A stretch of DNA of 64,000 bases from Tetramitus jugosus (taxonomy: Eukaryota > Protista > Heterolobosea). The notes beneath the pieces are model-generated. The model made no database searches, was not told where the DNA came from, and saw only the letters and a program-made list of their open reading frames with translations. Of this stretch, positions 11,606 through 22,212 are shown in pieces; the stretch's first letter is position 1, and the number at the start of each line of letters is the position of its first letter. The stretch lies in contig OW569365.1 of assembly GCA_937625935.1 (NCBI GenBank), positions 434,001 to 498,000 of the forward strand, given 5' to 3'. The position numbers were made by a program, and so were the translations under genes.

Positions 11606-14600
11606 CTACTTTTGATTCCTTCTTAACCTCTCAAGCTCTGCTCTAAGTTGCATAATCTCATCATCCTTTTGTTGTAATAACATCCGAACATCCAAGTCGT
11701 TGGTCACTGGTTTCGTAGTGACAACTTCGTCGTTCGTTTGGGCAATGTGAGTGCTGTTCACACTGCTGTCGAGATGCGCGTATGACTTTTGTCCATTCAC
11801 GTTTCTCTTTTGCTTACGCAACAGGATGCCCTTTGTTATGGTGAGGACTTCTCTCGCTGTTGGACGTGACATTGGAGCTGAATCGATACACCTCTTCACA
11901 AGCTCCATCTCCTCAGGATATTTTTCTTGCTTAGAATCTGGGATCTTGCCTGACCGTAGACCAGTCAATATGTGAGCTCTCTCAGATTTTGTAGCAAATG
12001 GATGCAACATCTCAAAAAGAATGACACCCAGACTGAACACATCCGCCTTATCATCATACATGGATGTGGCATATTGTTCTGGAGAAGCATAGAAATAAGT
12101 TCCAACACCGCTTGTGTGATCCGATAAATCTGATCCAATTGGACTCTGAGACCGTTGAACAATTTGTTTGTCACCATGTTCTGTGCCATGTTTGTTGGAC
12201 TTTGTGTGAACAAGGTTGTCTCTCACTGATTTAGCCAAGCCAAAATCTCCAATCTTGATAATGTTATCATTGGTAATAAATATATTTTTTGGCTTGAGAT
12301 CTCGATGCATAAGCTCCTTGCTGTGAATGTAGGCAACACCCTCGGCAATTTGCTTGAAAAAGTTCATGCATTGACCATAATCTACAACGCATTGTTGGAC
12401 ACGATTTTGATTCCACATGTAATCCTCCAAGGTATTCTGTTGACAGAGTTGCATTTGAATAAATAAAAACATTTCGAACTTGTTCTTCTTCTCGTTGAAC
12501 ATTTCGGCCAATAGATTCTTGACTGCTTGCTGAACTGAATTGTCAACAACAGCTGGGGAATTAGTCACCTTTTCAGTTATGGAGCGGTGAGGCACTATTG
12601 GTTGTCTGGTTGCTGTTCCTTGTTGTTTCTGTTTGATGGCATATTCTAGGTAGCTCATATCCTGTGGGGACGGAGCAATAAATGATGATTGATACTTGTC
12701 GTATGGGTGTGGCTCCTCGGGTAGTTGAACAAGACTAATTACAGAATCGTCATCACTTGAACATTCAAACTTGACGTTATCTGAATTGAGCGGCATGCTC
12801 GGTGTGAAGGGAGAAGCAGGGTCAGCCTCTTCATCAAAACTAAACTGAACATTATTCGCACAATCGTCATTGGCCCTCTTGATATTTGCATCAACACCAA
12901 TATTAGCGAATCCACTGCTTCCACTATTGACGGTGCTTCCATCGTTGATGTTGGATTCGAAATCATCCACCTTCTCTGAATCAAAGTCATCCTCCTCATC
13001 ATCATCGCTGTTTTCTTGCTCGCCATAGTCAGGATCTTTCCAACTAGGTTCGAACCATGCTTGATTGTATCGCACGATATTCGGATGATCCAAACTTGCC
13101 AACAACTTCACCTCACGAATAACCTTTGCGTATGTTTGCTCAAGTTCGAGCTTATTTCGGAAACAGAACTTGATTCTCTTGATGGCATATTCATGACCAT
13201 CGATGCGATGACGTGACCGAAATACAGAACCAAAGGCACCCTTTCCTAGCTTAGCCTTGCTGCCCCAATCTTGCTTGAATCGAGAAGTTGAGTAAAACAT
13301 GAAATCAAAGAATGGAAGCTCTGTTGATGACACGAGTGGATTTCCTCTTCTTGACATTTCCATGTCTCTTCCGAGACCAGAGAGGAAGGAACCAACAGAT
13401 TCCGATCTCCGGAGCTTTGATTTCGAGGCGGCTCCTTCTGTAATCTCACCTTGTGGAGCTGCTTCGGAAAAGGCTGGCCAATTTGAAATAACATCAAGCA
13501 TAAAGTCCTTGCACACAGACTTTAGAAAATTGTGATCCAGATACCGAGAATCAGACAGATAGCCATACTCTAACAATTGAGTGCACATGCTCTTGAAATA
13601 GGTTGGATCAGGAGTGAACTGTCGACAAACATGTTGAAGAAGGAACAGGAGCAACACTTCCTTCTTATCTACATTGTCGACATTGATGGGTGCTGATGCA
13701 GAGGATGCATCATCACTGTTGTCACTGTTTCCTAAGGGTTCCTGAGAAGACGGACGCCGTGTGACCAAGGAACTAATAGTAGCATTGAAGGTAGGAGTCG
13801 TCGAAGAAGACACTGTTGCTCCAGTGCTATCATCATCATCCTGATCAACACTATTGTGTGACCGATCCGATGCTTCACTGTCCTCTTCTCCACTGGAAAC
13901 GAATTGTTTGGAGAACCATTTGCGTCCTGCACTCGTCGTGCCCGTTGAGAAACTCCGGCTAGTTCTATTCTTTGTTTCTGTCTTGGTTTTATCACGACTT
14001 GCACCGTTGGAGCTCGCAGAAGATGAATCATTCTTATTTTCATCATGATCGTCATCACTGTTGTTATCGTCTTCATCCTCATCATCTTCATTGTCGTCAT
14101 CCTCGTCGTCGTCATCACTGTCAGAGAATGCATCAATTTTAAAAGTAGCAATTGTCTTCCTACGCTTCTTAGTGTACTTTTTGACCTTGATCGCATTGGA
14201 GTGATGATCTTCATCTTCATCGTCATCGTCATCATTGTTCACATCTGCATCACAGCCTTCACTGCTCGTACTCTTGTCTCTCCGTTGTTGTGGCAGTTGC
14301 TGTTGTTTCCGTTGAGGCTCTTGTTGTTTCTGCTGTTGATGTTGATGATGCATGGCACTCAACGATCGGTAATTACCAGCAGCAGAGGACGAAAAGGACG
14401 AAGAAGAAGACAAAATATTGGCCAAGCACTCTGTTTCAAAACAATCTCCAGCTGCAACAGCACCAACACGATCAGCACCATATTGAGTATTATTGTGAGT
14501 GCTCACTGCTGTGCTCGGTAGAGAAGAAGATGAAAAGGAAGAGGAATAGTAACTGTTGTTGAACGAAGATGCATCATCTGATGATAAACTACTGCTCAAC

Positions 14601-15307
14601 GTTGACTCAATCTCACTATAAAAGCTCTGAATCAGTGATGAAGAATGACTTTTTCTCCGATTCAAAGCAGAAGCCGTCATGTTGCTGCTGGACAATGATG
14701 ATCCATTTGTTTTCTTCCAACCATTATGCTGATGATTGTGAGACTGGTGTGGTGGTGATAATGAACTCGATAGAACAAGCTTTGTAGGTGCGAGTGTTGA
14801 TTTTTTTGTTTGAGTAATTGACACAGGAACAGAACTACCACTACCATTGTTATTATTATTGTTATTATTGTGATTGATATTACTGGTATTGGTATTGATA
14901 GTGTTGGTTTGGAGTGGTGAGGAAATATGAGTGTTCACCGCATGATTTGTGTGATTTGTTTTGATTGAGATGGGAGAGGATGTTGAAGCAATCGTATTGC
15001 TAGTGGTAGTTGTAGCACTGGGTGACCGAGGTACTTGTTGTTGCTGTTGTTGTTGTTGTTTTTTTGCATTGATTGAATTTGCAATTTTACTCAAAAAGCT
15101 ATTGCTATTATTATTGGTATTATTGGTACTATTATTATTCGTGTTATTGTTAGTAGTGTTCATGTTACCTCTCATGAGAGGTGATGATGAAGGTGAGGCA
15201 GAGGAGAAGGAAGTAGTGGATGGTGATGATTGAATGCCATTATTGTTGTTGTGTCTGATTTGATAAATGTTATTATTATTATTATTGTTGTTGTTGTTGT
15301 GAAACAT
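11606..15307 (-). CDS. eIF2-alpha kinase, HRI (EIF2AK1)-like
   Basis: LGKGAFGSV, YAIKRI, HPNIVRYNQAWFE, large kinase insert, LFIQMQLC, HRDLKPKN, DFG, GVGTYFYASPEQ. HRI-type LLLFLLQHVC domain and C-terminal coiled coil. Long low-complexity N-terminus. Confidence 0.85.
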   Translation of the reverse strand: MFHNNNNNNNNNNIYQIRHNNNNGIQSSPSTTSFSSASPSSSPLMRGNMNTTNNNTNNNSTNNTNNNSNSFLSKIANSINAKKQQQQQQQQVPRSPSATTTTSNTIASTSSPISIKTNHTNHAVNTHISSPLQTNTINTNTSNINHNNNNNNNNGSGSSVPVSITQTKKSTLAPTKLVLSSSLSPPHQSHNHQHNGWKKTNGSSLSSSNMTASALNRRKSHSSSLIQSFYSEIESTLSSSLSSDDASSFNNSYYSSSFSSSSLPSTAVSTHNNTQYGADRVGAVAAGDCFETECLANILSSSSSFSSSAAGNYRSLSAMHHQHQQQKQQEPQRKQQQLPQQRRDKSTSSEGCDADVNNDDDDDEDEDHHSNAIKVKKYTKKRRKTIATFKIDAFSDSDDDDEDDDNEDDEDEDDNNSDDDHDENKNDSSSASSNGASRDKTKTETKNRTSRSFSTGTTSAGRKWFSKQFVSSGEEDSEASDRSHNSVDQDDDDSTGATVSSSTTPTFNATISSLVTRRPSSQEPLGNSDNSDDASSASAPINVDNVDKKEVLLLFLLQHVCRQFTPDPTYFKSMCTQLLEYGYLSDSRYLDHNFLKSVCKDFMLDVISNWPAFSEAAPQGEITEGAASKSKLRRSESVGSFLSGLGRDMEMSRRGNPLVSSTELPFFDFMFYSTSRFKQDWGSKAKLGKGAFGSVFRSRHRIDGHEYAIKRIKFCFRNKLELEQTYAKVIREVKLLASLDHPNIVRYNQAWFEPSWKDPDYGEQENSDDDEEDDFDSEKVDDFESNINDGSTVNSGSSGFANIGVDANIKRANDDCANNVQFSFDEEADPASPFTPSMPLNSDNVKFECSSDDDSVISLVQLPEEPHPYDKYQSSFIAPSPQDMSYLEYAIKQKQQGTATRQPIVPHRSITEKVTNSPAVVDNSVQQAVKNLLAEMFNEKKNKFEMFLFIQMQLCQQNTLEDYMWNQNRVQQCVVDYGQCMNFFKQIAEGVAYIHSKELMHRDLKPKNIFITNDNIIKIGDFGLAKSVRDNLVHTKSNKHGTEHGDKQIVQRSQSPIGSDLSDHTSGVGTYFYASPEQYATSMYDDKADVFSLGVILFEMLHPFATKSERAHILTGLRSGKIPDSKQEKYPEEMELVKRCIDSAPMSRPTAREVLTITKGILLRKQKRNVNGQKSYAHLDSSVNSTHIAQTNDEVVTTKPVTNDLDVRMLLQQKDDEIMQLRAELERLRRNQK

Positions 15308-16175
15308 GATAAGTGTTGTGACTTGTTCTTCAAAATCGACTCAATAGGTAATATTTGTGTGTATGTATGTATATATATATAGTGTTGATCAAGTGAGTAT
15401 TATTATTATATGTTAGTATGTGTTGTTATTGGTAATGTCGTATTCTAATGTTTAATTCATAATGTTATTAATGTTGATTATTGGTGGTGTGAAAATGAAA
15501 GTGATTATGTCGGTTGTCGTAGTTGCGTAGGGACTTTAAAAAGAGTATAGTACAGTAGTAGAGCTTCTCAGAGGACGATGATGATGATGATGATATCACA
15601 AGTCGTGTGAGGTGTTTGTGACGTTTTCGTGTGGGTATAAAAAGCTTATTGTCTCTCTCAAAAATAACAAAGTTGATTTTTTTTTTGATTTTTTTTTGGT
15701 TGGTTGGTTGGTTGATAAATAGAGGTCTGATTTTTTTGTTGTTGTTGTTGGTTGTTGTTGTGCTTGCAAATGAAGAAAATGCACTGTTGTGTGTTACAGT
15801 GTGCTTTTTTGCTACTTGTTTGCTTTTCCTTTTGATGGTCGAGCAGTCGTGAAGATGCGGACTGGGTTTTTTTTTCTGGAACCAAACAGCAATCTCCAAG
15901 CTGAATGGAAGTTTCTCCTACACGTTTACCGGTGGTTGAAGGTCCGAGAGAGTAACTTCCCAGGAATTTTTAGATGCGACGAGTCGGTCACAGGCCACGT
16001 GCCTCAATGTTTAGGCAAAGGAAACTGTCCGGTTCTGGGGTGATCATTTTGCAGGTGCTATTCCGGAAATCGCCACAGTGAACAGAACTGTAGTAGGTGC
16101 CACGTCAGTAATCTGATCCCAGGAAAGGACTGGTGATGGATGGTGGTTTGCTGCTCAAAATAATTCCTTCAAGGC

Positions 16176-16215
16176 CAACCTGATGACTACAATAGTACCA
16201 GTAGTCATCAGGTTG
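16176..16215. repeat. Perfect 15-bp inverted repeat with 10-nt loop in the CDC45 3' flank
   Basis: CAACCTGATGACTAC-aatagtacca-GTAGTCATCAGGTTG. Confidence 0.9.
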
Positions 16216-16235
16216 ATAGTTTGTCCGTGGGTACG

Positions 16236-19067
16236 TCAATCTATGATGGAGCACAATGAGAACTGTACACCAACGAGAAACATTGCCTTGTGTTCGGTTG
16301 GTATCTGTACGACAGCTCGTTCAAAATCTACATCCAACAACTCAGTACCGGCCAGAGACAACAAATCACATGCCCGTTTGAAAATCTCATGAAAACTGGA
16401 GAAGCTTCGCCTACCAGATCGAGGATCTGTTCCAACAATCCATGTAAATGTACTGTCTTGCACAGGTACACAAATCACCAATGGTAGATTCCGAAAGCTA
16501 GGTTGTGTATCGGATATAAACATGGCCAATTGACAGAGATTAGAAGTTCCTAGGATCAGAGAATCACTCAACGATTGCATACCATCATACTGCGGATCAA
16601 TATCAAACATGGATGATGGTGAGAAAGGGTTCCTGCTCGCACGGATATTCATTGATTCCAAATCAATGATGTTCACTTGATTGCTAAAGGATGGGAGTCG
16701 TGCGGATTCAATGATTTGAGAAGAGCGGAGAAGTGTTCGCTGCGCAGTCAGCGCACCTGCAATACTCTTTGAGATGAGTTTTGTGTTCCCTCTGAGAAGG
16801 AGAAGCGCAGTGGAAAAGACATCTTCCTCCTCCGCTGTCCTCATTGATAAATTATCATATATTCGTTCTGATATGGCATGTAAGCAATAAACCATATCAC
16901 TCGTATTCAATGACACCATTGGGTCATCATAATACTTCTGAAAGCTCTTAACAATATATTGGGACGAGTGACCCAATCCAGACTTTTCAGAATACTTCTT
17001 GATGCCGTCGTAGAGCAAAAGTTTGTGATCTGTTGACAAGTCTTTGAATGGTCCTTTGGCATGGCTCAATGGAATACCACACTCGGTCAAGAAACGCTCG
17101 ATACAACCCTTTCGCTTCTCCAAATCTCTCTGACCATACTCTGTGTCGTACAGAGACAATCGAGCATTGATTTGTTGAGAGTGCAACAGCGACTCGTACA
17201 GTGACCAATGTTGATACATGAACAAGTGAATTTCTTGTGGTTTGTACAATAAGTCACCACACTCGCGCCTCATTGCCGATTCACTAATCTCTGATTCATT
17301 GCGCCATATTCGATTGCAATCATTCTGCAACTGCATCATCACTGCATTATAGAAATCCATTGAAATCTTCTTCGAGTGCAACTGCTCGGCCAAACCAGTC
17401 GCCGCAGCAAACAATAAGCTATTCTTCCATTTCAATTCATCAAACAAGTAATGAACCTCTGAGTTTCTCAAGGCAAAATACAGAACAACACTCGAAGCGA
17501 TATGACACTCCTGATTCACATGCAATATGGGAACATAGGAGTTTTGACCGCTGCTTGCACGACTCGGATGCGATTGATTCGACATGGTAGCAAAACTACA
17601 CTGAGACCACCTGTCATTATCATCGTTTTCGCTGTCTGGGACCAAATGTTTGTCGTTGTTTAATTCATCATCACTATCACCGTTACGACCATCCTCCACA
17701 TTCACATATTGTCGATAAATCCTCTCCAATAACAAATCGTCATCGTCTTCATCATTATGCGTACCACCAGCACGAATCGAACTCTCATTTCGAACCAGAA
17801 AATCATCGTCATCATCCAAAGTATCGCTCTCAACACTACTCAAATCATCATGACTCATTACGTCACTCGTACGATCCGTATCCATCTCCACATCATAGTC
17901 GTCATCATTCTCCTCATTTTCACCATTATTAGCACTAGTGGTCCCATTCTTATTATTGTTGTTCTTTTTTCGTTTGCTCGTCTTCTTTTTCTTCTTCTTC
18001 TTCTCTTGTTGTAGTCCAAAGAGCATCGATGCATTCATTGACTTCTCTCCTTGCACATCACCACTATCAAAATGAAACGAACTAGCAACAGATGAATACT
18101 CCATTGCACAATCATCCATTTGCTTATCATACAATAGATAGAACGACACTGCGGAATAAACATTCGGATCCGCTGCTGCTGCTGCTGCAGATGTATCATT
18201 CACAGTCATCTTAGTCTTCATATGGTCACTCTTACGACTCTGATAATTATTCTTGGGAAGAGAAATGGGCCGATTCGGATCGAGAACATACACCTTTGAC
18301 AAGAGTGGTAATTGTTCAAGTGTAGATATAATATCCGGATGATAACAATTGATCAAGAACAAGAATTGTTCATTCTTGTTGTAATGTTCATTTTTCAATG
18401 GCGATGGCGATGGTGAAAATTGCTTCTTGAGCTGAATGAGTGATTGTTGAATACTGGAGACTCTCATGAGCTGATATGAAATTTCCAAGTGTTCCAACAG
18501 AATCTGAACGAAAACAACAAAAATATTTGTTGTCAATAGTTGTTGGCAAACAAACAAACAAAAAATTTCACACAAAAAGCTCTCTCGCTTAATAGAAAAA
18601 AAAACAACATGTGTGTATCGATAGGAAGAAAGACGTACTGTGAGAATGTAGAGCGTGCAAATGGAATCTGCATCTTGACCAACCATGATAAACACTCGTG
18701 AGCGATATTGACATCGATGATGAAAATCCTTGAGTGATGAAATAAAGTGATGAAATTGGGATTGACCATCTATAATTCTCTCTTGCTGTTGTTGCTGTTG
18801 AATGTTTGATGATGATGATGATGATGGACTCTTTTTCTTCTTGTTAAGAGCAGAGTAGGGAGATTTGAGTGATAGTGGTGATAGTGATAAGAATGGTGAT
18901 GATGGTGATGGTGATGGAGATGGTGATGTTAGTGACGGTGGTGGTGGTAGTCTCACTGTGAGTGATGATGATGACAATGACACATTTTCTTCTGCTGCTT
19001 CTGCTTCTTCTTCTTGTTGATTTTTCCTTCGATATTTGTGGTGAACCAAGGCATTGGCATCACTCAT
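16236..19067 (-). CDS. CDC45: CDC45-family replication protein (divergent); probable intron 18638-18504
   Basis: VFIMVGQDADSICTLYIL, FLINC, VLDPNRP (DSHRP-like), acidic loop, GLAEQ, MYQHWSLYESLLHS, FLTECGIPL. The GTACGT...CAG intron is 135 nt and in frame. Confidence 0.8.
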   Translation of the reverse strand: MSDANALVHHKYRRKNQQEEEAEAAEENVSLSSSSLTVRLPPPPSLTSPSPSPSPSSPFLSLSPLSLKSPYSALNKKKKSPSSSSSSNIQQQQQQERIIDGQSQFHHFISSLKDFHHRCQYRSRVFIMVGQDADSICTLYILTVRLSSYRYTHVVFFSIKRESFLCEIFCLFVCQQLLTTNIFVVFVQILLEHLEISYQLMRVSSIQQSLIQLKKQFSPSPSPLKNEHYNKNEQFLFLINCYHPDIISTLEQLPLLSKVYVLDPNRPISLPKNNYQSRKSDHMKTKMTVNDTSAAAAAADPNVYSAVSFYLLYDKQMDDCAMEYSSVASSFHFDSGDVQGEKSMNASMLFGLQQEKKKKKKKTSKRKKNNNNKNGTTSANNGENEENDDDYDVEMDTDRTSDVMSHDDLSSVESDTLDDDDDFLVRNESSIRAGGTHNDEDDDDLLLERIYRQYVNVEDGRNGDSDDELNNDKHLVPDSENDDNDRWSQCSFATMSNQSHPSRASSGQNSYVPILHVNQECHIASSVVLYFALRNSEVHYLFDELKWKNSLLFAAATGLAEQLHSKKISMDFYNAVMMQLQNDCNRIWRNESEISESAMRRECGDLLYKPQEIHLFMYQHWSLYESLLHSQQINARLSLYDTEYGQRDLEKRKGCIERFLTECGIPLSHAKGPFKDLSTDHKLLLYDGIKKYSEKSGLGHSSQYIVKSFQKYYDDPMVSLNTSDMVYCLHAISERIYDNLSMRTAEEEDVFSTALLLLRGNTKLISKSIAGALTAQRTLLRSSQIIESARLPSFSNQVNIIDLESMNIRASRNPFSPSSMFDIDPQYDGMQSLSDSLILGTSNLCQLAMFISDTQPSFRNLPLVICVPVQDSTFTWIVGTDPRSGRRSFSSFHEIFKRACDLLSLAGTELLDVDFERAVVQIPTEHKAMFLVGVQFSLCSIID

Positions 19068-19304
19068 AATATAATTAAAATGTTGTTATTGGATGGAATT
19101 CAGCAGCAGCAAGCATACAAAATATATGAATGCTGTATTTGTGTCTCACTCTTTGTGTCTGACAGTGAATGATCAGTGCGCTGCTTGTCGTTCAATTTTT
19201 CGATTGCTTTTTGGACATCGTTTTGGTTGAAACTTCATGGATGACATCGGAGAATGCAGATGGCGAATACAACAAACAACAAAAAGATTTATAGAGAGAT
19301 ATTA

Positions 19305-21818
19305 TCATTGAGGACGAATTTGAGACGCTTGGAACAGCACATGACTAAGAGCTTCACCACATTGTTTTTGTAACTTTGGACTCAAGACAACAGTGGCATG
19401 AGGATGCGTGTGTTTTTCATACTCTTGCGGATTGCAGAATATTTCGGCATCAGTGTTCTCATCGACTGTTGTTGAGTCCATAATGGCTAAATTATCCGGG
19501 GAATTCTTCTTCATGTATTCTGTGTTTTCTTGCATCCTTGCTTGTAATTTTTGCATTGGCGAAGCTGGAATGATTTGTAGATTAGTGCTGTCCTCTTGCT
19601 GTTCATTGTCAGATATCTGCATTGTCGAATGATCTCCACTCGATGATGGAAGGAAGTCCACTTTCAAGTACTTTCTCAAATCTTCATTGTCTCGAAGAAA
19701 GTGCTCTGGTGGCCACACTGGGGACGTTGTCTTATGAGCACTACTCTGACTCAAGACATCCAAACCATCAAATTGTAAATCGTCGGATGCATCTTGAGGA
19801 GGTGATTCCAAACCTTCAATTATCATTGATTTCTGATCTCGTTTGGTTAATGCATACAAGTCTTCGATCTGAATGATTTGATCATACGTACCTGTATCTA
19901 TATTGTTGTCCGATTTGCTGAGAGATCTTCTCAAGTCCAATGAATCCATATCCATTTTTCGTCGATTCATCACATCGGCCAGTTTCACAGATAAATCTTG
20001 AATGTCTTGCTGATAACTCGTATCAACAGAGTCTACCGCCTGTCGAAAGATTAATTCTTCAATCAGACAATCCATTATATCGGTAATCAAGGCGTGCTTG
20101 CTGGAGATTACTTCTAATCCTTCATACACCTTGAGAGTGTCGCTAATTGATTTTAGTAGCTCTTCTTCTCGGCTGCCGATTTTGTCAGCACTAAAAACAC
20201 TCAAAGCAATCTTAAATAATATTAAGCTTAACTGTTTGAGTACATCTTTCGAGAATGTATCAATTTGATTCGAATTGCAAAATGAGAATACAGAGAGAGT
20301 AATGTCATGGCGGAGACGAAGCAATACTTCTTCGTTCACTTTTGGCATTGGACTCAATTCTGAAGTGGTTTCTTCTTCTGGCTCGTCGTTTGACTTTGAT
20401 TGTTCCATTGTTTGAATTGCTTTTGGAGAAGCTGTGCGCTGAGAAGCCATGGATTGTTGGTTGTTTTCTTTCTTCTCCTCTTCCTTAAACTGATCAAAAT
20501 GACTCAAAAGTTTAAGGAGGCTCTCCTTCTTACTGTCTTGTAGATTATTGGCTCCTCTCAGGAGAAGATAGACAAATTCCAAGTTCGACTTGTTGTTGAC
20601 CATTAAATCTTCAAATTCTTGAACAACAGAGTTCACATCGTTATCCTCTCTTTCATCTCGAGTGTCATCATCTTCTTGAATGTTTGAAACTGTATCTAAT
20701 ACTTGCTCCTCTGCTTCATTATCTTCATTGTCAGAGCCTCCTAAATCTCCAAAGTTTGACTCAAACTCTTTCAAAAATTGTTGGAGAAAGATGCTTTTGA
20801 GCTCTTGTGTTGGAAGTTGTGCAGACTCACTGACGCCCTCCTTCAAGAGCAGCAGTGCTTGTTGAGCTCTAACAAGATCCATTCTTATTTGTTCTGCCTC
20901 TTTGACCTCATTGCTCGCTCTTTGTTGCCTATTCCAAGACGCGATTCTCTCAGCTGATTTGCTGTTTGTTTCTACCTTTCTTGTTTCCTCTTGTTTCTTT
21001 TGGCTCCGGGGAGGAGATGGTCTCACCTTTGGAGAAGACAACTCAATAAAATTCGACTTTACCAATCTCATGTTGGCTCTCGTTCTGTGCAGTTCTTCAA
21101 TCTGCTTGTCCATTTCTTGAATGTAATTGAGATATTCACTCTTCTTCTTCAATATCCACTTCATTCTTTGATCGAGAGCATCCTCAGTCTTTTTCAAGCA
21201 ATCATTTACTTCGTTGACGCTTCTTTCATTCTCTGAATATTTGTGTGTTGGCTCTCATGTCTTAGAAGAATTTAAACACGCAAATGAAACATTTTGATAG
21301 ATCATACCTTGTTCATCTTCATCACAAAGCATAAAACGACTAGTTAGTAGTCTTGAGTTGCTCCTGTTCACTGCAGTGCTCTGTGGAGTTCTAAACACTT
21401 GTGTTTCTTCTTCATAATCACTCTCCTCACCTTGTTCTTGTTCTTCTCCTTCCTCCTCCTCCTCGTCATCATCATGGTAATCCACCTCACCAGTCATAGC
21501 TTCCTGAATTTCAACTTGTTCTCGATCTTCTCCTTGGTCTTCTCTGTCATCATCATCATCATCAAACCCTAGTCTTTGTCCATCATTATGATGGCCACGA
21601 TGAGTGTCAGAATCAAGCTCATATCGACTTGAAGCAGACTGGATAGAGTCATACAGTTGACTGTGCTGCTTTTCGAGCTCTTCCTTCTCTCTTGTGAGTC
21701 TCATGAGCTCTTGTAGCAGAGCTTGTTGTTCATAGGCTGATTGGAGCTGTTCTTGTAGCTCGTTTTTCTGCTCTATGATTCTATTGTACACTTGGTGTTG
21801 CTGAGGTGGAGATGGCAT
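19305..21818 (-). CDS. Coiled-coil protein with PCM1 C-terminal-domain-like region; probable intron 21307-21254
   Basis: A 54-nt GTATGA...GAG intron (unusual acceptor) joins two ORFs in frame. DLMVNNKSNLEFVYLLLRGANNL and LKSISDTLKVYEG.....SKHALITDIMDCLIEELIF resemble PCM1_C. Confidence 0.55.
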
Positions 21819-22212
21819 GTTGTGTTCAGGTGTTTGTTGGGTATCAATACTGGTGAATAATATTTTTGTGTATCAAGAGAGTGGATGATGCGATGTTGAT
21901 GCCTTACGGTGTAAAAAAAAGTTGCTCTCCCGCGCTCATTTCTCGCGCCGTAAGGAGTAAAGTATCAAAGAAGCATGCACCGCTTGCAACAGTGACATTA
22001 CAAATATGCTCCCGAGTAGAGATTGCAAGTCGTAAAATTGAACTAGTTTTTTTATCCTCCAGGATTTGTAAAGTTGGTTGATGGGTGCGATTTGTAAAGC
22101 CTGCCATCAAGCCCACAAATATCTTCGCAGGACGAATACAATATACAACGAACAATGCATTGTTCTTGTAGCTGTTTGTTTTTGGTGCATCACATGGATT
22201 CCTTCCATCGGG

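Noticed and set aside
15468-15899. Upstream coding exon of the eIF2-alpha kinase
   Set aside because: Poly-A and AAC-rich leader-like composition, TTG start and no supported in-frame splice.
16176-16215. SECIS element
   Set aside because: The stem is fully Watson-Crick, with no GA/GA quartet or unpaired apical AA on the sense strand.
21819-21939. Extra coding exon (MSAGEQLFFT) for the PCM1-like gene through a GTAAGG...CAG intron
   Set aside because: The spliced product is out of frame with the ATG at 21818. At most a uORF or UTR intron.
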